Positions 1 to 27,000 of a stretch of DNA of 64,000 bases are shown here, piece after piece. The stretch's first letter is position 1; each line of letters begins with the position of its first letter. A program made the position numbers and the translations under genes. Origin of the DNA: Lama guanicoe (lineage: Eukaryota); assembly GCA_013239625.1 (NCBI GenBank), contig MU054338.1:2730977-2794976 (forward strand), read 5' to 3'. Under the pieces are notes generated by a model. The model saw only the letters and a program-made list of their open reading frames with translations, did not search any database and was not told the origin of the DNA.

Positions 1-731
1 GATTCAAACCCGCACGTGTCTGACTTCAGAGTCCTTGGTCTGTCTACCACAACAGTGCCTTTCCATCCAGCAGGTGTGGCCCAAGGCAATCAGAGAGGCT
101 CCCTGGAGGAGGAAGGACAGGGAAGATTCAGACAAGTGAAGACCCCCAAGGAGGGGGATGGGGGCCAGTGTGGGCAAAGGTCTGGAGGCTGGGCTGGGTC
201 TGGTTGATCCAGGGCACAGTGAGGTGGTGAAGAAGTTATTTTGGCTGAAACAGAGAATGTGAGGAGGAGCTGAGGCCGAGAGGGCCCAGCCCGAGGAGTC
301 TTTGAAAGTCAAAAAGAGGGGAACAAGCCTGCTTTTATTCTTTTTTTAACTTAATTTATTTATTTAATCTTTCTTGTTGTTGTGGGGAGGAAGGTAATAG
401 GTTTATTCATCTATTTATTTAATGGAGGTACTGGGGCAAGCCTGGTTTTAAAGTCAAGTGGCTCTAGACTTGAGTCCTTCCTCTGCTGGTGACTGGCTTG
501 GTGACTCTGGGTATACCTCCACCCTTCTAGGGCCTCCCCTAGTTTTCCCATCCCAATACATTTTTACATTTATTTTTAGTACTTACCAATTTTAACATTC
601 CTTTTCATTTTATTTTAACTTTTAAAATTTAAATTGAATGTCACTGAATTAGTTTTTTTTTGTTTCATCCTATTTTTGTTTTTATTGATTTGTTTTCAAG
701 TAGTGAAAGGAGCTTACCTTGTGCTTTGTCA

Positions 732-855
732 GCTCATTTAATCCTCATACCAATCATGTGGGGAAGAAGCTTTTATTATCTCCACTTTAAAAGTGCGTAA
801 AGGATGCCCAGAGAGGTTAAGGAACTTGCCCAAGGTCACACAGCTAGGAAGTGAG
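732..855 (-). mobile_element. MIR SINE remnant (one of many in the window)
   Basis: ctcatttaatcctca...cagagaggttaaggaacttgcccaaggtcacacagctag is the reverse complement of the MIR core. Confidence 0.8.
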
Positions 856-951
856 ATACCTGCCTTCTCTCTAGGCTTTACTATGAATGTGATTGGGCCT
901 TTTCTTGGGAGTTAAAGAGAGCCGATTGAAAAGAGAGAGGGAGAGGAGTGG

Positions 952-955
<4 letters not shown>

Positions 956-985
<30 letters not shown>
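956..985 (+). repeat. (GACA)n tetranucleotide microsatellite
   Basis: About 7 perfect gaca units. Confidence 0.9.
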
Positions 986-2065
986 AGGAGGAATAAATAG
1001 CTTGTTAATCCCTACAAAATGAGTCATGGGGTCAACTTCATTCATTGTGGAGTGATCCTAAAATTTTCATCCCGTTTGGAATCGACTCTTAGTTAGATTG
1101 TTCACATTTCCCCCCCAAGAACTCCCGAGAAGTTGGAGCCAGTGGTAAACCAAACCATATAATTGTTGAATTTCAAAAAGCAGAATTATTGAAGTCAAAT
1201 CTGTTAAAAAAAAATTGGTGTCACTTAAAAAAAAAAAGGCACAGAAAATTTGGGCCGTCAGTGCTTTGATGGGTGCCTGGCTCTGAGTCAAGGTGTGGGG
1301 GTGGGGACGGGGGGTTGTTAAAACCTCAAACTGCGGGTGAGGGTCCCTGGGGGTTTTAGGGAGGGTGGAGGCAGCATTGGCTCTGAGCAGAGCCTGCTTG
1401 GGCTGGAGCGGGAGCAGCAGATGGGAGGCCTGGGAGAGGAAGGAGCAGAGAAGATGCTCCTCCATCCCCTCTCCCACAGCCCCCAGCTCCCATCAGTCCC
1501 TCTACCCGCCGGCTTGTTTCTCTGCAGGCAGGTGGAGTCAGGTTCAGCTTTTGTTCAGTGGCCCTGAGGGAAGAAAGCAAACACCCGAGACTGCAGCAGC
1601 CCTGCCTCTGTCCCTCCAGACCTTCCTCTCCCCTTTCTCAGCACAGAGTCCAGCCTCCACACCTTGGCTCCAGCCCCTCCCTCCTGCCCAGTGTGTCCTC
1701 TCTGCTCCTTCCTGCTTCTTTATCAGTACAGCCTTCTCTTCAAGGCCCCCATAGTGCCTGTTTGCTCTAAGCCTTCTCATGCCCTCTCTGGGCCTCAGTC
1801 TTTCCATCCACAAGATGGGGATTAACTGGAGCCAGAGTCTAGTCTTTGAAATCCCACCAACCTTCTGCCTTTATTTCTGGTTTTAGAAAAATCCCATACG
1901 GAAGAAGATTGTGGTTTTGTAGAAAATTTTAGAGATTCCTAAACTCCTGATGCCCAGGTTTCTTGGAAAGTCTGTCTGTCTCTCCCTCACTTTTATTCCC
2001 AGAGTCACTATTTCTTTAATTCATTAAACAAACATTTATGGAGTACCTACTGTGGGCTGGAGATC

Positions 2066-2226
2066 AGGGCTGGCTTCACAGACCACTACCTCCCCTCCAC
2101 TCAGAAAGGCCCTGTGTTTAGTTTAGTGCTCTGATCTCCCTGTCATGAAATTCTTAATAATTTTTCAACAACAGGCCCTGTATTTTGATTTTGCACTGGC
2201 CCAGCAGAATCTATATCCAGTACCTC
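2066..2226 (+). mobile_element. MER53-like hAT MITE
   Basis: agggctggcttca...tgaaattcttaataatttt...ttttgcactggccc resembles the MER53 consensus as recalled. Confidence 0.6.
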
Positions 2227-2583
2227 CTGGGGTTAGGGACAGTGACAAAGGTGGAAAAAAATTCCTGCTTGTGCAGAGCTGACATTCTATGGAGAGATCA
2301 AGAGGAAATAATATTTTTGGAAAGGTACACAGTATGACATCAGGTGGTCAGAGCAGGGCTCTCTGAATAAGTGTCTTCCAGTGCAGCTGATAGTCACAGA
2401 ACCAGCCTTGTGGGTGGTGGGGGAGGGAGGCTGTTCCAGCAGGAGGACACAGCAAGGGCAAAGGCCTGGAGGTGGGACAGAGTTTCTGAGGACCAGAAAG
2501 GAGGCCACTGCGGCAGGATGCTTTGGACCAGGAGAAAGGTAGGGGAGATGAGCTCAGGGAGTTGACAAGGAGGACTGTTTCGA

Positions 2584-2923
2584 GCAGGGGTGGGCACATT
2601 TGTCCTGTAAAGGGCCAGACAGTAAATATTTCTGTCTCCACGGGCCCTCCAGCCTCAATTCTGCCATTTTATCTTGTGTGCGGCCATAGGCCGTTTGAAA
2701 TTGGATGAGCATAACTCCATCCCAGTGAAACCTTTTTTATGGACACTGGAATGTGAATTTCATGTAATTTTCACATGTCATGTAGTATTATTCTTCTTTT
2801 GATTTTTTCCCCCAACCACTTATAAGAGTGAAAACCATTCTTAGCTCTTGAGCTGGACAGAACCAGGTGAGGGCGGAGTGAGGTGGGATTTGCCCCAGGG
2901 GGACCGCAGTTGGCAGACCCCTT
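2584..2923 (+). mobile_element. MER58B-like hAT-Charlie MITE
   Basis: caggggtgggca...ctgtaaagggccagacagtaaatattt start and ...ttggcagacccct terminal inverted repeat. Confidence 0.7.
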
Positions 2924-3479
2924 GCTGTAGAACCTCCTGGGCACTGCGCGTGGTTTGCATTCTATGCTGGGTGAGGTCACTGGAGGCTTTTGAGCAGAAG
3001 AGTGCGGAGCTCTGATGCAGGCTGTAGGTAGCTGGTGGACCAGGGAGGGGAGCAGAAGCAGGAGACCCTGGAGGAGGTATCCCCAAGATGGAGCCCTCGG
3101 TGATGGGGCTGGACACTGGATTGGATGTGGGCTGAGAGAGGAGTCAGATGATACCAAAATTTGGCCTGAGCCTCTGGGAGAACGGCAATGCCCTTGGCAC
3201 ACTACGGGGGCGGTGGTGGTGGGGGAGCTTCTGAGCTTGCATATCATCCAGGAGAACAGGCTGAGAGCAGTTGGAAATCCGAGGCCTGAGTTGGGAGATC
3301 CATTTCAGTCTCCTCTCTGGACAAGCCTGAGGGGGTCACCCCGCCTCTGAATATAAGAGGGAAAATGAGCCCTCAACACCCTCCCTCCACCTCCCTAATT
3401 GCTTATCAGCAGCCTCTCCATTTACCTGGCCCCACTTCTCCCTCCGCCTATCTGAAGGTGTCTAAGAATAATCACGGAC

Positions 3480-3648
3480 AGCAGGGGTGATCCCGCCCCC
3501 AGGGGCACTGGGTGATGTCTGGAACGTTTGTAGTTATCACACGGGGAGGGGGGGGGATGCTCCTGGACCAGGGACACTGCTCAGCCTCCTCCTAGGGAAT
3601 GCCCAGGTCCCAGATGTCAGCAGTGCCTCTGGGTGGAGGAACCTGGCT
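3480..3648 (+). mobile_element. MER20-like DNA transposon remnant
   Basis: cccccaggggcactgggtgatgtctgga...ccagatgtcagcagtgcc resembles MER20. Confidence 0.6.
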
Positions 3649-5343
3649 CTGTGGTGTCTGTTTCATGATCTCTCCCATTTAGCAGTTGAAAAATTAAGAC
3701 CCAGAGAGGGAAAGTGGCTGGCCCCGGGTCACAGAGCAGGTATAAAATGCCCAAGCTGGGTTTAAAGCCCCAGTGCCTGTCAGCAATCACTGCTCTTAAA
3801 TTCGGTTTCCTGAAGGCCTGTCTCCTCACTCATCTCATATCTCCCCTGTAATCCTAATCTTCCTCCTTCTCCTGGCCCCTTTATGAATTTGCAGCCACAA
3901 TACGGTGTACTAGCCTGCCTTTTGGAGCTGTTTGTGGCTTTCCTCCACACTCATAATTTCCCCCTCCTCCCCATGACCTCCTCGTCCTCCCTACCCTTAA
4001 GTGTGCCCCTCCCAACACCCCAGTCCCTGAACCAGGGCAGAGGCTCCCGACCTGGTCCAGGAGAGCAACAATTTCATGATTTCTCAGGAATATGATCTTG
4101 TTCCTGCCTTCTCCAACTCCTGCCCATTCTTCAAGTTTCAACTCAGATGTCCTCTCTTCCAGGAAGCCCTCCCTGACTCCCCCAGATGGTGTCAGGAGTC
4201 TCCCAGCTCACCTGGGCTTCCCTCATCACAGCCCTGATCACCTTGGTTCATAAATCTGTGGGTGTGTCTGTCTCCCCAGGGACCTCAGTGAAAGCAGGGA
4301 TGTCTGTCTTTGTCACCACTGAGTCCCAACGCCCAGTGCAGTGCCAGGCACCATATAGGATGAGTGGACTGAATGCATAAACTACACATGGCTCAGAGGA
4401 CTTGGCCTGTGAGTCATTCATTAACCAAGCCAACATTCACAAATTGCCCCACCCCACCCTGGGGTGCTGGGCCCTGTGCCAGGGAGGCCTTGGTGGGACC
4501 TGCTCTCAGGGGTCTCCTGGTCAAAGAAAAGAACCACTGAAACACTGACCCTCCTAGCCCCTTGGAGTTAGAGCCAAAGGCTGTGTGTCCTGTCAGTGGT
4601 TTAACTAAGCACCTACTGTGTCCTGAGTCCCCAGGATTCAGCATTAGATGTGCACACGGGCCCAATGGCACCTTTCTTTGATGAACGAATCCACGTTTGT
4701 TGGGCACTTGCTACGTGCCAGGCAGTGTGCTGTTGAGTGCTTCCCGCATGTAGCATCTCATTTAGTCCTCCCAGTAATCCTCCCAGTACCTGCTGTTTAA
4801 TATGAAACCCCTTTCCTGGATGAGGCAAGTGAAGTCCAAAGCAGGTAAGTTTCTGGGCTGATCTCATAGGTGGTAAATGCGGGGGTATGGAGGGTGGGGT
4901 GGGGGTGGGGTGCCCTGGATTCATATTCAGATTTGTCAGACTGCAGAGCTCCACTGGCAGATGACAGAATGAGTGAATGAGTGATGAGTGAGTGAGTGAG
5001 TGAGAGTCCCGGTGGCCCAGCGGCAGCGGGACCAGGGCCGGAGTCACCAGAGACCCCCTCAGGCCATCTCAGAGGAGGCGGAGACGGATGCAGGCGGGTC
5101 CATGGAGAGCCTGGGAGCCTGGCCCCCTTTGCCTCAGCCTCTCGGTGGCAAAATAGTCAGAACCCCTCCCCAGCTGGAGGGGGGGCTGCAGGCGGGGCGC
5201 GCGGGGGAGGGGCGGCGCCGGGCTTGGCAGGACCGCGCGGCCCGGCGGCTGAGCTCCAGCATCACGGGCCCCTCCCTCCGGCCCCTCTGGTCCCTCTGGC
5301 CGGGTCACCTCCGGGAGCCCGGCTACCCGGCGCCCTGGATGCC

Positions 5344-19811
<14,468 letters not shown>

Positions 19812-20057
19812 GATCAGAGCCCTGCCCTCTGCCCACAGGCCCCGCCCTGGGGTGTCCAGACTCACGCACTGACCACCCGCACTTGGAGACCGGCCAGGGC
19901 CCCTTCCCGACTGTCCCTCACTGTCCGCGTTGCCCCTTGGTCCCTGCACACCCTGGTCAGTGTAGACTCGGGCTCTGACTGTGCCCCTGACCCCCAACCG
20001 GACAATCTGTGTGTCCCCTCTCCCACGTCCGGTCTGGTCACCGGGCGCCACCACAGG

Positions 20058-20063
20058 AATAAA
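20058..20063 (+). other. ANKRD24 polyadenylation signal
   Basis: AATAAA about 250 nt after the stop codon. Confidence 0.8.
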
Positions 20064-20369
20064 AGCTCACGGAGCAGAGGATGAAAGCACCGTGTGGCCT
20101 GGTTGCTGGGCTCCTGCTGCGGGGCGCGCAGGGGCCACCCCCGAGCAGGGATGAGGGGCTCGGGGGAGAGTGAGGCCGGATGCAGTCTCCACGGTGAACG
20201 CCACGTGAGCGTTATTTTTGGAAAGTCAGAAGGGACACCCAGAAGTTCATGTTGAACAAACTCTCCGAGTGTTAAGTGGAGACAGGATCTTACCTCACTG
20301 CCCTCACCCTAACCCGGCCGGGTGGGGGTGCCCCGCCCCAGCCCCCCTGCCCTGGGGCGGCCCTCCCGG

Positions 20370-21043
20370 AATCCCTGGGGATTCTCCTTGCTTTCTGGCT
20401 CAGGCAGGGGGCAGCCCTGTGTCCAGCCTGTCTCTGGGGTTTCCTTGGTGTCCTGCACTGGCTCAGCCTGTCCCTGGGCACCCCAGGCCCTCAGAGGCTG
20501 TCCACAGGGGGCTGCCTCCCCTGGGCCTGTGTTTCCGGCTCCCTGTGGCCTGGAGGGCGGAGCTCCGCGGCGGCGGCGTTGGGGGGGGGTCCCCAGCACT
20601 GGGGTTGATGCGTGCACGGGCATCTCCTGTGTCGGTGCCTGGTTCTCTCTGTCTCTCTGTCCCTCCCCCCTCGGCCTTTCTCTGTCTTTCTCTATGTCAT
20701 CATCCCCCTCCCCGGGGTTCCCCCTCCTCACTGCAGCCAGAAGGAAGGCTCTGCTGGGAAAGGCCATGGGGTCACCACTTCTCCCTTCTGTGGCCTCCTC
20801 TCCCTGCCCTCTGTTGGGGCCTTCCATCCCCGAGAGGTGTGGCCAAGGAGGGGACCAGGGGCTCCTCCTCCATCCCTGCTTGACTCTCCACTGGCCCCAT
20901 GTACTGGGCAGTGAGTCAGAAAGGGAAGGGGAAGTGGGGGGCCTCAACCAGGGCCTGGGCTTCCCCCTGGGTGGGACCTAAGTCCTCTCTCTCCCTGAGG
21001 GTTCTCCCTGCCCCAACCCCTAGAAGCAGAGTTCGCCAGAGCC
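20370..21043 (+). promoter_or_regulatory. EBI3 proximal promoter with NF-kB, AP-1 and ETS/PU.1 motifs
   Basis: GGGATTCTCC at 20378-20387 and GGGGTTCCCC at 20714-20723 (kB consensus), TGAGTCA at 20912-20918, GGGGAAGTG at 20928-20936. EBI3 is a known NF-kB/PU.1-induced gene. Confidence 0.55.
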
Positions 21044-24000
21044 ATGGCCGCAGGACTTGTTCTGGCCCTCGCCCTCTGGGTGGGCTGCTCACCCTGCCTC
21101 GGGAGAGAAGGTACGTGGGGACCCCAAGGGGGTGGGGGGGCCAGAACAGAGGGACAATGTCTGGGGACTGGACTTTGTCTGCCGTGGGACATTCTGGGTG
21201 GATTAGGAGCTCACACACCTACTGTGTACCCCCTGGTGGGAAGGAGTGACCATCCCATTGCATGGACAGGGAAACTGAGGCACGGGGAGGATGAGTCCTA
21301 CCTGAGGGTGACACCAGGATGTGGCAGCTACAGCCTGGAGGGAGGGAAGCAGAGAGAGAGAAATTTTAGTCATCTGCATTCATTTCATGTGATTAAAAAC
21401 AAAACTATCACAAAGAAGGGGGTCCAGTAAAATATCTCCCTCCTATCAGAAATCCCCGCCATCCCCAGGTCCCCTCTGTGGCTCCCACAACCTCAGTTTC
21501 TCCATCTGGAAAATGGGCTAACAGTTTCTTCCTTGCTGGGTTGTAGCAGGTCTGAGAGAAGAGGTAGACGCCTTTCATTCAGGTACTTATTCATTCCACA
21601 AACCCTTATTAGTCACCTACTGTGTTCCCAGCACTGGCTGGCAGCGAGGCAGGGGCTGAGGCATGGTAGAGCTTTGACAGTCCTGGGTGAATCAGAAGTT
21701 CACGAGCCTCCCCACTTCTCTCTCTGGGACCCCAGCAGCTCCCACCCAACCCAGGCTACAGTGTCAGGCCTCTAGGTACCCAGTCGCCGTGGACTGCTTC
21801 TGGACCCTGCCGCCTGCTCCAGACTCCACCAGGCCCACCTCCTTCATCGCCACGTACAGGTCAGAGAGCGTGGAGGGCTTCCTGGGGATTCCAGGGCTGG
21901 GCTGACATGCTAGGATCTGGGCAACTGGAGACTTAATGAGAACCTGAAACCCCTGGGATTCTAGAGCAGGCCCCAACCCTTGGAAACATAATCCCTAAGC
22001 TACATTCTGCGAACCACGTGTGGAGGGTGAAATTTTCTAGAAGCCACATTTTAAAAAATAAAAAGAAATGGATGACATTGATTTTAATATTTTATTTAAA
22101 TAATATCTGAATATTACAACTATTTATCATTTAATATGGTTGAATGCAATGTAATTTAATACGCTTATATATGATTCATATATTTAAATTTATACCAGAA
22201 GTTGATTTAATATCACTTAATATGATTATCTAAAGTATTATTTCAACAGGTAATCCATACTTTAAAAATTAATGAGTTATTTTACGTTCTGTCTTGTTAC
22301 ACTAAGTCATGGAAATTCCGTGTATGTCTTACGTGATAGCATGTTTCAATTCAGATGCTAAATTTCCATCAGAAATTCTTGGTCTCTGATGAGATTTCGT
22401 ACAATTTATGTTTGGAAAAGCAGATTCACCCACCAAAGTTGTCCTGAGAAACTTTTCCAAGGCTTCTGATAACTGGAAACTCTTCATTTAGATCAGATAA
22501 AATAAGATAAAAAGTTGCGGTTGGTTGCCCTGGCCACACTCGAACTGTGGGGTGGCCACCTGGGGCTGGTGCTGCCCACATCCACATGCAGAAGCCCAAC
22601 ATTTAGGATGGATGCTGCACAGAGCTCCTGGGAGCGTGCTGAGCTCGAGTCTCCAGAGTCTGAAATCTTGGGATGTCAGAACTAGAGAGAATCGGAATCT
22701 TATTATTTCAGATTCTGGCGTCTGTGAATTGTAGGCCTGGAAGTACTGGAATTCCAAGGCTGGAGTGTTGACATTCCAGAAACCTTTAGAACTGGACCCT
22801 AGCACCTCCCCGTGGGGTGTTACCCTGGACCCTGGGTCACCTGGGCTCTGTGATGTTGGGGTGAGCAGCTCCCCCAGGGACGTGCAGCCAAGAGCAGGAC
22901 CCCAACCCGGGGCTGCTCACCCCCTGTCCGCACTTGGGGTCCAAGGCACAGGCAGGGCAGCAGGGAGTGCTAGGACCCTCACAGCGCCCGCCCCGTGTCT
23001 AGGCTTGGAGTGGCAGCCCAGGGGCAGAGCCGGCCCTGCCTCCAGCCCAGGCCGGAGGCCGCCAGCTGCACCATTCCTGACGTCCAGATGTTCTCCATGG
23101 TGCCCTACGTGCTCAACGTCACAGCCGTCCACCGCCAGGGCGTCAGCAGCAGCTTCCTGCCCTTTGTCCCGGAGAACATCAGTGAGTGGGGGTGGCGGTG
23201 AGGGTGTGGAGGGGCCCCGGCTTGCTCCTGCTCCTCCCTCCTCTCACCATTCCCCTCCTCCCACCTGTCACTCATCCTGTCCATCTGTCCTGGATCCTGT
23301 GGGCCCCGCCTTCATAGCTCATCAAGAATCTGCCCACTTCTCCCCACTCCTGAGCCCCTACCTGGCCAGATATCTATCACTACCTACCTGGACCAGCGCA
23401 GTTCCCTCGATTTTGGTACCCCAGCTCTTGCCCTCAACCCCTGTCTGTCTTCCCCACAGCGGCCACTGGAGGGCGCATCTGAGCCCCGAGTCAGATTTTG
23501 CCCTAGGCTCCCATTCTCTCCCTCACAGTCTGTCCTCCCTGCAGTGGCCACCAGAGGGCGCCTGTGAGCTCCCAGTCAGGTCCCGCCCCTCTGCCCAAGC
23601 CCTCTAGGGCTCCCACTTCCCTTGGGGTAAAAGCCTGAGGCCCCCCGCAGCCCACAGGGCCTTGAATGACCTGTCCCCCGTCCCCTTCCCGCCCTCATTC
23701 CCTCCCTCTGTCCCCCTCACTCACTCTATTCCATCCACACCTGCCTCTTCCTTGTACCTCCAACAAGCCAGGCATGGTCCTGCTCCATGGCTTTTGCAGA
23801 CTGTTCCCTCTGCCTATATTTTTTAAAATTGTAGCCGTCATACATTACTGTTGATTACTAGAAGATAGTCTGGCAGAGTTAGACATAAGCGTTGAACGTA
23901 AATTACCACATAACTCCCAGCAACCTCAGTTCTAGGCATGTATCTAAGAGAAATGAAAACACATGTACACAAGTGTTCATAGCAGCACGACTCGTAATAG

Positions 24001-27000
24001 ACTGTAGAAACAGCACAAGTGCCCCCGCAAAGCGCGTCCCTCCACACACGGGAGCGTCGCTCCGCCGTGAAAGGGAGAGCAGCCCTGACAGCCGCCCCCG
24101 CGGGGACGGACCCCGAGAGCGCGGTGCTCAGGGAGAGAAGCAGACACCGAAGGGCACGCAGTGTGTGGCTCTGTTCTTAATGAAACATTCAGAACAGGCC
24201 AGTCCACAACGAGAGAGAGTGGTTTAGTGGTTGTCAGGGCTAGAGAGGGAGGAATGGGGGGTGACTGCTAAGGGGGATGGGATTTCTTTTGGGAGTGATG
24301 GAATGTTCTGGTTTAAATAGTGGTGATGGCTGCACAACTCTGTGGATATACTAAAAACCAATGAATTGTATATTTTGAAAAGGTGAGTTTTGTGGTATGT
24401 TTTGTGGCATTTCTGAGACTGTCTCAGAAAACATTACAGCCCGCTCCCCTCTTTGTGCTCCTGAATTCTCTTCCCTCCTTTTTATGACCTCCAAATTTGC
24501 CTCTTGTGTGTTGTCTTCTGCTCTGATGGACCGAGAACCCAGAGGACAGGGCTTGGGTTGGGGCTGGCCCTACTGTGTCCCCTGTGTCCCCAGTGTCCAG
24601 GACACGGCTGAACACTCAGTAGGCACTCAGTATTTATTGGCTGATTGTATGAATGATTGAACAAATGTTCCTTCCGCTGACCCTGCCTCCTGCTTGTCCG
24701 TCAGTCAAACCAGACCCTCCGGAAGGCGTACGCCTGAGCCCCCTCCCTGGGCAGCGACTGTGGGTACAGTGGGAACCCCCCCGGTCCTGGCCTTTCCCCG
24801 AGATCTTTTCACTCAAATACCGGCTCCGCTACAAGCGTCATGGAGCTACCCGCTTCCGCCAGGTGAGGAGGACTGGGGGCCGGGGTGGATGGTCCCAGGG
24901 CCAGGAAGCAGCGTGTGCAAAAGGTGCAGTGCGCCCGGATCACAGCTTGGGGCGCTAGAGAGCGACATACAGGCAGCCCGGCAGTTTCCTCCTGGGCGTC
25001 CACTCAGAAGAATTATAAACAGGGACTCAAATACTTGTACACGAACATTCCCAGCAGCACTAGTCGCAACGACCGAAAGGTGGAAACAACCCAAATGCCC
25101 ATCAGCAGATGATGGAGACACAGAACGAGGTCCCTCCGCACACGGGAGCATCACTCAGCCGTGAAAGGGAGAGCAGCCCTGACACCCGCTCCCACAGGGA
25201 CGGACCCCGAGAGCGCGGTGCTCAGGGAGAGAAGCAGGCACAGAAGGACACGCAGTGTGTGATTTCACATATATAAAGTGTCCAGAACAGGCCGGTCCAC
25301 AGAGAGAGAGAGTGGACTAGTGGTTGTCAAGGGCTGAAGGAGGGGAGTGGACGTGATCGCTGAGGGGCACAGGGTTTCTTTTGGGGTCATGGAATGTTTT
25401 GGAACTCGAGTGGTGATGGTGGCACAACACTGCGAATGTACTAAATGCCTCTGAATTGTGCATTTGGGGATGGTTACATTTATGTCATGGGAATTTCACC
25501 TGAATGGAGAGCAAACACACATTGTTTTAAATTTAAAAAAAATTTTGGGGGGGGGGCAGGTAATGAGGTTTATTTATTTACTTAACGGAGGTACTGGGGA
25601 TTGGACCCAGGACCTCATGCATGCTAAGCTGGCACTCTACCACCGAGCTACACCCTCCCCTGCCACCGTTTTAAATTCTTAAAAAATAAAAAATAAAGGC
25701 AGGGAACCTCTGAGCATCTGGAAAGATCAGTTGTGTTCTGGGCAGCCTCGGGCACTAGGGCAAGGAGCTGAGTCTCTGCAGGGTTGAGGCTTTTGCCATC
25801 CTGTCCCACAAAGCTTTTTGCCACAGTGGAAATATTCCATATCCACATTGTCCCGGATATAAGCTACCGGGTGGTAGCAACATAGAGAGTAGCCAAGGAA
25901 CTGGCTTTAAGTTTTATTCGGTGCTCATTAATTTCACTGTGTAAATGTTTGAAGCTTTTTTAAATGGAGGTACCAGGAATTGAACGCATAAGCTCTACCA
26001 CTGAGCTATTTCCATCCCCCCCTGCAATTTCAAAATTGAGACAGAATTCACATGCCACGAAGCTGAGTGTTTTATAGCGCACAAGCCAGTAGCCCTGGGT
26101 GGACTCACAGGCTGTTCAACCACTAATTGATCTAAATTTAAAATGTAAAGTGTCACATCCAGCTGCCACATGGGGCAGCTCGGGTGAGCGAGGAGGGAGA
26201 CAGACCTGGGCTTGGGAAGCTGCCTGTGGTGGCTGGCTGGGGACACGCTGAGGTGAGGGGGGACCTGGACCAGGAGGAAGATTGTGCAGGGGCCAGGGAC
26301 AGAGAGGACAGGCCAGACGGAGGGAGAACAGAAGAGGCAGAGCTGAGCGGGTGTCTCATCACAGATGAAATCTGTGCCCGAGTGAGGACACGGAGCAGTC
26401 AAGGCAGTGAAAAGAAGAATTTATTACATTTCCCGAGAGAAAGGGGCACACTGCACCACACAGGTCACATCAGGCCTGCGGGGCCAGGGGAGAGCCGAGG
26501 CCGGAGCGCGACTGGGGTTCCCACGGGAAGGGTGAGGCATGGCAGGTCAACAGCTTAGAGGTGGCGCGTTTCAAGAATTCCAGGGGCTCCGGGCTGCAGG
26601 GTTGTCTCCAGCTGCCTGGTACCCAGCTCTGCAGTGATTCAGGGCCGGGGCAAGGGGGTGTGGGCTGGTGTGTGAGGTAGAGGAAGGGGTTGGATGGGGT
26701 GTGGACTCAGGATTGATTGGCTTGTCTATGAAGGGCGTGCTCCTGGTTGATCAAGAATTGGCAAGCTCCGGTAGGGGCAGTCTCTCCCTGGTCAGCAGGA
26801 TGTTGAAGATGTCCAAAGACGTGGAAGGGGCCGCCGAGGGCATGCCTTCAGGATGGGCATTTGGTGCCTGAGTCCTGGCACAGCAGCCTGAGCAGGGGGA
26901 CGGAAAGCTCCATCACAGCCCCCTGTTGCCACTCACCTGGACCTCCTTCTGCTCTCAGGTGGGGCCCATTGAGGCCACGTCCTTCACCCTCAGGGCTGTG

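Noticed and set aside
1030..1240. Possible processed-pseudogene or ncRNA 3' fragment ending in A-runs
   Set aside because: No recognisable homology, TSD or structure by eye; a BLAST search would be needed.
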